From contig KZ538546.1 in assembly GCA_000934665.2 (NCBI GenBank), positions 1-62,939 on the forward strand: DNA of 62,939 nt. The letters are read 5' to 3'. The notes below the pieces were generated by a model. The model ran no database searches. It was not told the DNA's origin and saw only the letters and a program-made list of their open reading frames with translations. The translations under genes and the position numbers were made by a program. Below, in pieces: positions 1-9,508 of the stretch; position 1 is the stretch's first letter, and each line of letters opens with the position of its first letter. The stretch is from Catajapyx aquilonaris (lineage: Eukaryota).

Positions 1-436
1 CCGAGATATTCTCGAAGCATCGGTATCGCTTACAGCTGCAACAGTGTGGATCTTCCGTTAGAAATCATTGTTGCAGAGTAGGTATTAATGGAAAAAATAC
101 AGGACAGTCCTGCAGGTTCAGGTTGCAAATTATTATTTGGCAGCTACAGTAGTTTCATTGATTTGCTTGACATTTACGTGCAACTCCATGGAAATGGCAA
201 TGTCTGAAAAATTACACCCTGCGGAAGGCATTGCCTTTACTGCCCTGACCTCCAAAAATGTAACCTTACTTGCAGCAAGAGCTAATAACTTGCTTGCAGT
301 CAGGTCCTGTAGCGCGAGCTGCTACAGGCTTTCCCGTGTGGTTCACGTGGCTGCGGCCTTCCACCTTGGCTACCCGGATCTGAACAGCCTGTGGAATCTT
401 CCTTGGGCGCTTACGTGCCGTTGCGTCTTCTGCCAT
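1..436 (-). CDS. 5' part of a probable Sola-type DNA transposase (2 exons, runs off the window)
   Basis: ATG at 436 in the context CAACCATGG. Exon 1 436-294 encodes MAEDATARKRPRKIPQAVQIRVAKVEGRSHVNHTGKPVAARATGPDC. A phase-2 intron ends at acceptor TTGCAG (AG at 37-36), and exon 2 35-1 completes N and encodes CKRYRCFENIS. The joined GKxVxARxxGPDCxCxxxxCFE resembles the N-terminal Cys motif I recall from Sola-like transposases. Subterminal repeats lie just upstream. Confidence 0.6.
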
Positions 437-527
437 GGTTGCACAATGGTTGCACAATGGTCATGCATAAGTAGCACCAACCTCGTCCAATGGAGCGGAC
501 GCCATTTTGAATTTGGTGTTTTCTGGT

Positions 528-752
528 AAAACAACCGATGTCAGTGACATCGGTTGTTTTTCTGGAAAACCGCTCTTGACATCGGTTGTTTTTGCGTAAC
601 CTGTATTTTTTTACAATGGTATTTCTCCCTTTGACATCGGTTGTTCTTGGGTGCGATTTTAATGGGACGTAGGACAGGCTTGGAAATATCTGAATTTGTA
701 TTTATTTCATTTTGCCCATTTTTTGACATGGGTTGTTTTAAAAAAAAAACCC
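528..752. mobile_element. Transposon terminus with subterminal repeats TGACATCGGTTGTTTT
   Basis: Perfect 16-bp palindrome at 528-543/545-560, with further copies at about 577, 632 and 724. Probable end GGG near 752 on the minus strand, directly upstream of the transposase ATG. Confidence 0.65.
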
Positions 753-1499
753 TTATCGATCCTCTGGTGGCTAGGAAGGCAGTCATATACGTCGGGGCAC
801 TGAGTTCATATACAACCTGTATAGGCCTACTCTAAACCCAATGGTCCACGTGGCATTCATCACACTCCTTGATAATCTCAAGATCGTACCAGTAGTGTAC
901 ACCAAAATACACTCCAAATCGGCCCTATTTTGCCTTAGACCTAGAGTCACCTCAATGTACACTGTACAGTACACCGTTGAGTACTGTACAAGCGTGTAAG
1001 CCACTAAATCCGCCAATTGTCAGAAAATTTCCAGAATACCAGTTAGATTTAGTGTAAATAATTTTCCTTGTATTTTTCCCATGTCCGCCCCATAGCTTAA
1101 ACATTTCTTACTGGTTGCTGGTTGCACCATGAAATAATAGCCTATAGTCTATACAAAAGTAACCTTTTATAGGCTATCATTTGTGCAATTTTCAGGTACT
1201 TCCCAAAGTACTACTTGTTAAGATAAGTATGAAAAGCTAGGAGCATTCTCAGGAAAATAATGTTAATTTCGCAAGCTGTATACAGTTTCCTTTTTTCAAA
1301 TCATTTGTAATACCGTACATAGCCTATAGTCCTATACAGTCCTCAGTGTACACCAGGGGAAAATGGCAAAACATTTGCAATAAATATGGCATGTTTACTA
1401 TGTTGGCATATGCCATGTTTTCGTTTGTGTGTGCTGTAATTACAGCTAAGTCATCTGTTCCCTGAGGAGTTAATTATTATTGTTCACAGATTCATTTTC

Positions 1500-1975
1500 T
1501 ACACTATCTACAGTATAACACTGCCTTCGACTTTGAGGATCACATTGTTATACAGTACTTGCATTTCAAACTTGATTTCAAGGCTTTACTTGTCAAAAGC
1601 TATTGGTCTCTACATCTTCTGGCCCGGTATTAAAAGATTTAAGAAATGGAGCGAATACAGTATCAAGGCTAATATGCAGGATGTTCCAACCGAGGCTCCA
1701 CCTTGTCCTTATAGTGACTAAGGATTCGGAGGTAATAAAATGGTATTTAAAATGCAACGGCCACACGTGTTATAAGCTTATAACCAGCCATTACCAGAAA
1801 TAAGCTGACATGAAACATGGATGTCGTTCATGGGAGTGGGGATGTCTTCAAAGGCTCTTTGTGGAGATGAACTACAGAAACATTAGTGGACACCCAGCAA
1901 GATTTTATCATCGTGGCATCTCAGCTTGCCAGAACATATTAAGTTGCTGTTCGTACCTGGAGAAGATATTGAGGC
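1500..1975 (+). pseudogene. Highly degenerate pogo/Tigger-like transposase remnant
   Basis: Broken frames give KRFKKWSEYSIK (CENP-B HTH-like) and PSKILSSWHLSLPEHIKLLFVP (DDE_1-like), with many stops and frameshifts. Confidence 0.35.
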
Positions 1976-1992
1976 GAGGGGGAAATCACTTA

Positions 1993-2975
1993 GGCCGGAA
2001 TCGCGGTGTCTCCCACATGTGTGCTCCTGCAAGTCACGTGACGCCTGTAAACATGGCGGCCGGTAAAGGAGCCTTATATCTAAAGGAGAAGTCCATCGTG
2101 GTGAACTAGCTTATCGGCTCTTTAATCGGCCGGACTAACCCCCCCGCAACCCCCAGATATCACTTGCAAAGCCTGGTATCCGTGACGCAATGGGCTCTAA
2201 CAGCCAATCCCGGAACAGGCTTCTCGCGCGGTTGCATGGGGGGTGTGTGTAGGTGGTGGCAAGGGTGGGGGTGGGGGTTTCTCTGTCAGGTTGGGGGGTA
2301 GGGTAGGGTGGCAATCATCGGCGTAGGGCCCTAGGTGCGCAATGTGAACCATGTGGCCGGCGGGCGGTGCATATCCTTCCCGACTACGTACGACTACGTA
2401 CGACTACGACTACGACTCGTACAATGAGCATCCAAACTGGCCCTCGGGCTGCCCCTGGGTGCACCCCACACCATTGCATTGCATTCGGTTGGGGATGTGA
2501 TGATAAATCCGACATTACAGAACTGAGAACGCACATTCAAAGTGGCCCCGGGCCGCCCCGGGGCCGCCCCTAGCCACGGTCCGCCCACAGCCACGATCCG
2601 TCCCGGTCCTCACTCCACATGATTTCATTGCATTTGGTTGGTGAGGCGATGTAAAATCCGCCCTGACGGAAGTCACATCCTAAAAGGCCCCCGGGCCGCC
2701 CCGGGGCCGCCCCAAGCCCCATGCCTCCCCCGAGCACTCTCCCCCGCAACCTGAAGCAAACCCTGCCCCACCAAAACTCCCTGGGGGCCTGAAAAAGCCC
2801 AGGGCCAACACTCCCATAAGTCCTATGGAATCTCGAGACGTCCCGTGGATTTACAGGATGTTTTCAATCGCGCGCCTCCTGTAACTTTTCACCACGGTGG
2901 CGTCCGTCGTCCGTATGGGAGTTACGTCACAATTTATGCCCCTGCAGACTTACGCGAGCCGCCACGATTCCGGCC
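1993..2975. mobile_element. PIF/Harbinger-type non-autonomous element
   Basis: TIR GGCCGGAATCGCGG / CCACGATTCCGGCC with TTA on both flanks. The GC-rich interior holds a degenerate ~140-bp direct repeat at about 2470-2715. Confidence 0.75.
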
Positions 2976-3982
2976 TTAGTAAGTCCGTTGACCGTTGCAC
3001 ACCGACACCTAAGTCCGCCTTAAGTTCGACTAAGTCCTTTGTACAGTCAGGCACATAGTGATTTCCCCCTCGTACTGAGGGCCATTCGGATGAACTGAAT
3101 GCTCACTGGGAAAACATAAAGCCCATTCCACACATCCAACATGTCCACAGTGTGCATTGTGTTGGTGATTATGGCTTGTCAGATTGGCTGAAATGTCCGG
3201 TATGGCATGGTGACCAATGTATTCTCCACACTTTTGTTCTCTAGAGAATCAACCATGAATTCGCCGAGTTATGAAATAATTGTCAAGCATTAATTTTAAT
3301 TAACTATTATCTTCATTTATTATTTTCTTTTGTAAAATATGTCTAACGTATATTTAGTGTTCCAAATCCCTTCTTTCCCCCTCCTCCCACTGCCATCCCC
3401 CTGGATCATAACAAAGTTGCATAGGGACAGAGAATGCTTTTGGCCTTCTCAACGTATCATTTGGTTGCATATGTTTTGTTCTTTTACAGATATAGTGGCC
3501 AAAAATTGAGGATCATGTCTCAATATTTCTCAGAGGTCACCACAGTTAGAAATGCTGATTAGTTTTGTTCCCTGGTTTTCTCATTATTTTAGTTGCACTC
3601 TTCATGAATCAAAATGTTCATCAAGTTGTGCAACTCAGCTAGATATCTGTGTAATCATAGTCTATAATACTAGAACAAAGCTATTCATCCTTTTTCTGGT
3701 TAAAAATATTTTTCTTTTCATTTGTTATTTTGTTCATGGCTATAAAGAGATTTTCTTATACTTTCTTCCCTTGTTGCTGATTTATGACATTCATTTTAAA
3801 ATCTATATTTGCATTTATTTCATGAACTGAAGAATAATTGAATTGCGATAATGACCATCGTAAAATAATGCATGATGTTGACAATCGCTTTTGGACACAG
3901 CAAGGATTCGGGCCAGCCCAGGTTGAAAAGAGAGGAGTGGGACCTGGGACCTTGAGAACCACTGATCTATTATGTATATATA

Positions 3983-4449
3983 CTAGTGCACCCGTAGCCA
4001 AAATTTGGCAAAACCTGCAATGAGGAAGACAATGGTAATGAAAAAATTGAATGAGAGGGCTCGCGGAGTGACAACTAAGAAATAGAGTAGGCCTATAGCT
4101 GGTCGTAAGACGGGGTTGAGAAATTGAGTGGCATTGACTCAATGGACATACTGTACACGTCCTGAATCGGACGTGAGAGAAGGTTTCATAAAACCTCCCG
4201 ATATACAACATTGTGTGCAAACACTCTGTTGTTGGAGAGCAATGTTCCGTACGTTGAGCAGTAGGAGTAGTGAACACTTTGACCTGACTTGGGTTGCGAG
4301 ACCGGGACAGTGCCACATACAGCTGGCCATGATTGGGAGAAGACAGGTTCATCCAGGGAAATGATAACGTGCTGATCTAGCCGGGCGAGTTATTGTTGAT
4401 CGCCATGGCATAGGCTGGGATGACATTATGTAAATGAACATATATAAGA
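3983..4449 (-). mobile_element. Internally deleted Helitron
   Basis: PIF1-helicase C-terminal remnants PAYAMAIN and HGQLYVALSR. A 3' hairpin GCCAAATTTTGGC is followed by CTAG|T at 3983. The 5' end reads TCTTATATAT at 4449, but its flank is G rather than the canonical A. Confidence 0.75.
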
Positions 4450-4627
4450 CTTTTGGATCCGGATCCAGCAGGCAGCCAGCAGGCTATGATTACTAAGGCT
4501 AATAATAATAGCTGATAATAGCTGATACAGGCATATTTGAGTGACGGGGCAACATGAGGGATGGAGCGAGTTGCCCTTTGTGTAGGTAATAATGCTGTAT
4601 GGCTTTATGATACTGTCATCTGTTATT

Positions 4628-4850
4628 GGGCGACACTGTGGCGGAGTGGTTACCTCTAAGGTCCCGAGTTCGATCCCCGGATCGGACAGAGTATATGCTT
4701 ATGTGGATATAGTTTCGATGGGTTCTCTCCGTGTTCGCGTGGGTTTTCTCGGGGGTTCTCCCGTTTCCTCTCACAATCAAAATCCATCACAGAAAAGGCA
4801 ATGATTAAAGTCGGTCAATTAAAAGATGATCCCCTAAAAAGCTGAAGGAG
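4628..4850 (+). mobile_element. tRNA-derived SINE with V-domain-like body
   Basis: A box TGGCGGAGTGG and B box GAGTTCGATCC, then TTCTCTCCGTGTTCGCGTGGGTTTTCTC...GTTTCCTCTCACAATC resembling the V-SINE core. The 3' limit is approximate. Confidence 0.75.
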
Positions 4851-4967
4851 GCTTATCACGGGGTATCCATTATCTCCACTGTCATCTGTTGTGGCCCCGC
4901 CAGGCAGGGTTCGTCGCCCTGCAGGATATTTTTATAAGTAATGCGGAGAGGAAGCGGAGCTGGGCGA

Positions 4968-5054
4968 TTATTGTGAGTTTCGTATCCGCAACATTTACAG
5001 TACTGTCCGTCTCGTGGCGGCGGAGGCCAACGGACGTTATTGTGGCTTTGCCAA
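4968..5054 (+). repeat. Interspersed repeat; second copy at 57744-57826 (minus)
   Basis: TTATTGTGAGTTTCGTATCCGCAACATTTAC...GGCCAACGGACGTTATTGTGGCTTTGCCAA matches the reverse complement of 57744-57826. Confidence 0.85.
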
Positions 5055-5358
5055 CCTCCAATCCCCTGCTGATCCCACCGCTGATATCTTGTTTGCTTGC
5101 TCCGGGAGGTTCATGCTACGCCGCCAAATAAGTCGCAATGGTTTACTCTAAGCTAAGCTATATCCGCTGAAAATCATAAAAGATGCTAGATCCGGATCCA
5201 AGATGGCGGCATAGTTAGAAAGTGGGGCTGAAAGTAGCAGCGTGTATGACAGCTTTCTGAATATTCTGAGGCTCAGATTGAATCAGTTGGCAGACCTGTA
5301 TTGCCGGGAAAGGAAATAGGTGGCGGTTAGGACTTTTGGCGGGAAGGGAAAGCGGCGA

Positions 5359-5457
5359 CCTGAAGAATTAGTACCGTACTGACCAAAAGGTGGCAGCACT
5401 CCCTTGGCCGCCGCGGGAGTGCTGCCACCTTTTTCGTCATGGCACTACTTCTTCAGG
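5359..5457. repeat. Short palindrome / mini-MITE with inverted CTCF-like motifs
   Basis: Perfect 19-bp stem at 5385-5403/5415-5433 with an 11-nt loop. The stem extends imperfectly to CCTGAAGAA/TTCTTCAGG. Confidence 0.8.
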
Positions 5458-6016
5458 CAGCAACATCTGGAGCGTTCCCGTCGAGAGTTCCAGACAAGGC
5501 TATTATTATGGGGAAAATTGTATAGGTTAATTTATTTCTATAAGTAAATTTTACATGCTATAATGAAAATACGGAGTTGTATTATTGACTTAATGTCCAT
5601 ATGAAATACAATAATGTTGGAACAGAAGTAGGTACTGTAACAGAAGGGTAGACTACTGGAACTTTGCATGATCATCTCTCTCAGTCAGAATTATGTTTCT
5701 ATGCAGCAGATCACCTAGTACTAGTAGCAAAAAGATCGCCTCAGCATGAAGGTCATCAGGTCAGCATCAGCATCTGGAACTACCAGAAATGAAGACGAAA
5801 AAGAAAAATCTTCTCAGGTTATCCAAACAACTAGAACCTCACTGATCATAGACAGCTCAGCTGCCACTGGGGAACATAATTGTTGCACTATTTTAGGAAT
5901 GTTATCACTGTTGAATTCAAGATTCTCAAGATGCCAGTGAACGACTAACTTCAGGGTACTTGGAAAATACTGTACTAACAAAATGGCCAAATATACCCCA
6001 CTATAGTATCATTATA

Positions 6017-7247
6017 CAGGGTCATCGAAAAATAATGTCCCAATTTGAGAACTCTATAACTCGAAAACTTGTAGACATATCTTAATGATTTAAGTTTTGA
6101 AATGATCAGAAGTGTCTAAAGTTTTGGCTTTACCATAATTTGTTTCGATATGACCTTCATTTGTCATGTGAAAAATTTTAATACAGTAATCAGTGTCGTG
6201 CCAAACCCGCTCAGACATGTCTGGTGTTACTGTTGCAATCTTATCCCACAGGTGCTGGTGATGCCGGATCTTTTCACCATACATGTGTCTCCACAAAAAG
6301 GTCCATCAAGGTAAGATCTGAGCTTCTGGAGGGGCTAGGCATGGCGAAACTTCTCATTAAAGGCTTCGCACACTGGGAGGCTGAACAAATGAAACTTTCC
6401 TATGGCAGGCTTGTTTCATGGATGAGGCGATTTTTTATGTGAATCATCAAGAACAATGTGTGTGGTGTAAAGACCCAAGATATCCAGCACCTAAGGGATA
6501 TGATTTCAATGGTAACTCCAGATATGAATGATAGGGTTTGTCTCAACACCAATTACAGTGTTGGGCAGGATCTAGATCCCAAATGCGTGATCTATGACCT
6601 GATCTAGGTACTTTAAAAATGGAGTATCTGTACTTGTATCTAGATACTTTTTTCATGGGATCTATGATCTAAAGATCTGAATTTTCCAGATCATGTCTTT
6701 TTTTTTTGCCTAAAGCCTTCAAAGCCGTTAAGATCCATTAGTAATTTTACAGAACAATGCGAACCTTTCTCATTTATTGACTAGGCCTGTATATTTCAAC
6801 TATTTTTATGTCTGTAAAATTATTCTGTGATGTACTTATTATAATATTTTCAATTGCAGGGTTATTATTTTTGACACATTCACCAATGGATCTTTTCTCA
6901 GTGTTTTCTGTTGCAATTTAGCAATATGCCCCTGGGGGTGGCAGACAATATTCAAATTCCCTCTATCCCTCTTCACTTGAACTAAACTGCTAATTGACGT
7001 AAATCACTTTAGGTTGTGTGATCTAGGATCTGATCTAGATACATTTTTGGGTGATCTTTTCCAACACTGCAATTACCGCCTTTTTAATATGCCGAGCGAC
7101 ACATGAAGCTCATATCGAAACAAACTCATGTGAGACCAAAACTTTACGAGCTTTCTTAGCATTTCAAAACTTGAATCATTCAGATACATCTACAAGTTTC
7201 CGAGTTAGAGGGTTTTCAAATTGGGACACTCTTTTTCGATGACCCTG
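6017..7247. mobile_element. Tc1/mariner fold-back element
   Basis: TA|CAGGGTCATCGAAAAA...TTTTTCGATGACCCTG|TA. Both arms carry the transposase C-terminus (VTPDM...GHIET / VTPDM...ICRATHEAHIET). Confidence 0.85.
6556..7069. mobile_element. Nested MITE with 6-bp TSD (hAT6-like)
   Basis: TIR CAGTGTTGG/CCAACACTG. TSD CAATTA at 6550-6555 and 7070-7075. Subterminal GATCTA repeats. Confidence 0.8.
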
Positions 7248-7339
7248 TATTTATAGTGTGCAATTATTGTAAGGAGGATTCATAATCACATTCAAACTAC
7301 ACTCCTTCAAACACTGGTCAGACAGTAACTAGCGTATTA

Positions 7340-7516
7340 TAGTTGAATCTGGATATAACAGACTTCAAGGGACCGCGGAGATCAGTCTGTTATAACCTAT
7401 AGGTCTGATATAGCCAAATACACAAACCATACACGGCAGTATGCTGGGACCGGCCTTTCGAGTCTGTTATAACCAAAGTCTGTTATAGCCAAGGCTGTTA
7501 CATCCAGATTCAACTG
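7340..7516. mobile_element. pogo/Tigger-like MITE
   Basis: TA-flanked AGTTGAATCTGGAT/ATCCAGATTCAACTG, with internal GTCTGTTATA repeats. Confidence 0.8.
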
Positions 7517-9508
7517 TACTAGCTGTTTCGTGATGCAACTGCAGTGATTTAAGCACAACCTATTCTTTACTTCTCTTCTGTTTCTTGACATTCGCAGCAT
7601 GAGCAACAGTGCTAATGATCAAGGTGGATCGAGCATTTATTGGTGTGGTGGGTCAGGGTTTTCAATCCACAGTCTCAGCTGGAGCCTTGGACAAAGCAAA
7701 AATACTCAAGATCACCAAACAGATTTAATAACTGTAAATCTGGACACAGTAAATTAATTTGCATACAGGTATAAAATATCAATCCACTTTTCCTGATTGC
7801 CTTGGCAATGGAAGGTGTGAGATAAAGCAAGCCACTCTTATATGTTCACAGAGGACTGCTTGATTTTCAGGGGCTTCAGTGATGGGTATCAGGAGATAAG
7901 GTCTGTTACAAAATTGATTTTAATACTTGTAGTAGTATGGTACGTAACATTACGCTAGCCTTGATTAGAAACAACACTCCACAAAACACAGTTAATAAAC
8001 TCTCATTGTTAGGAAGGCACATTAATTACACTATTGAGCGGCAGTACAAGTCGTGATTCATCTACTGTTCCTAGCACATGCACTCCTTTCATCCTGTATG
8101 TATTAGAAAGTGAAAAAAGAGTCATTCCTACTAAATGGAACTGCCACACCCACACACTACCTTTTACCATACCATGCCCAGCATTCCTTTGCATAAGATA
8201 TGGGGCCCCCAATATGAGGTTGGTGAGCAATGTGCCTTGCTGGCAGGAATGCTGAACATGGACTTGGGCACGAGCTGGGTTGTGCAGTGAATTTGGTCGT
8301 TAAACAGCTGGAAGGCATTGGACAATTGGCATCTTATTGCAACCGTTGCAAGATAGTTCTGAAACTGCACTCGGTAGTCTGCATTTAATGGAAACGTGAT
8401 TAACTTTCACACCTGTTCCCACCAGCATGGTAATCAGTCAACTCCTCTAAGGAACCATGGGAGGCACGCCAAAGCATTTCAGTACATGTTAGTGCTACTG
8501 CATCCATGATCATAGTTATTTCTTCTGGTTATATATGGAAGATTCCAACCAGTCAATTGGCAGGCGGCAATATCCCTATCGATGTTGCTGAAATACTAAC
8601 GACTTGTTTCAACAATGAAATTTCCGACGTACTGTACACCTCATGAAATCAACTAGGATAATCTTGACGTTCTGCAACATTCCCATGTACAAACATAAAC
8701 TACAGTACTTTGTCATCAATTCGAGAGCTTGGCTAGTCTGAATTCCTATTGCTGAGGGGGAATTTAAGGGGAAAGAAACAGTTTGGGTATTAAATATAAA
8801 ATGTATCAGTGTTACAGTCACCACATGTGGCTGTGCTACTTGTCATGCAGGAAATTTAAAAGTACGTTTTCCATTTGCTTGCCCTGATGGGGATCCCAAA
8901 GTATTGTCGCCTTCTAAGCATATAATTTCATTGGTTCCACAATTCAAGAATGTCCCTTGACCTCTTTTCTGCCTTGCTCACCATAAGAAAAAATTTTAAA
9001 AAAGGAAAGCGGTCACACAAGCAACGTACACTAGTAATGAGACGACATATGTACACTTTTCCTTACTCTGCCCCTTCCTCCACGTGTCATTAGCATTTGA
9101 AATTTACATCACAAGCTAAGTCCCTGGGCTTGCCGCAGTCAAACTTTGAAGGCACAAGTGGATGCATGTTACCAATGCTTTGAAGAGGACAGATCTAAGC
9201 ATGGCATTGCCCATCCCTATCCAGAGATTCATCACGAGATCACCGTGCCCAAATGCAAGAATTTTCCCCTGCGCGGACGATGAGGGCAAGGTTGGGATCC
9301 AGTTGCCAGTTGGACTACCGTGTACGTTGCCAAAACTACTACGATGATTATGCAGCAAGTCCTCAGGATGGGAAAAAGTCCAGCCACAATATTCAAACTG
9401 ATTGGTCACTGCGATTAATAATGTTTAGTTTTGAAAGCCATGTTTGGCACATGGGCTGGCCATTTCCCCCTCCCTCTGCTAAACTGATGTCAGGTTCTGC
9501 TCCAAGCC

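Noticed and set aside
137..529. 130-aa plus-strand ORF
   Set aside because: It is the antisense shadow of the minus-strand transposase exon and has no recognisable motif.
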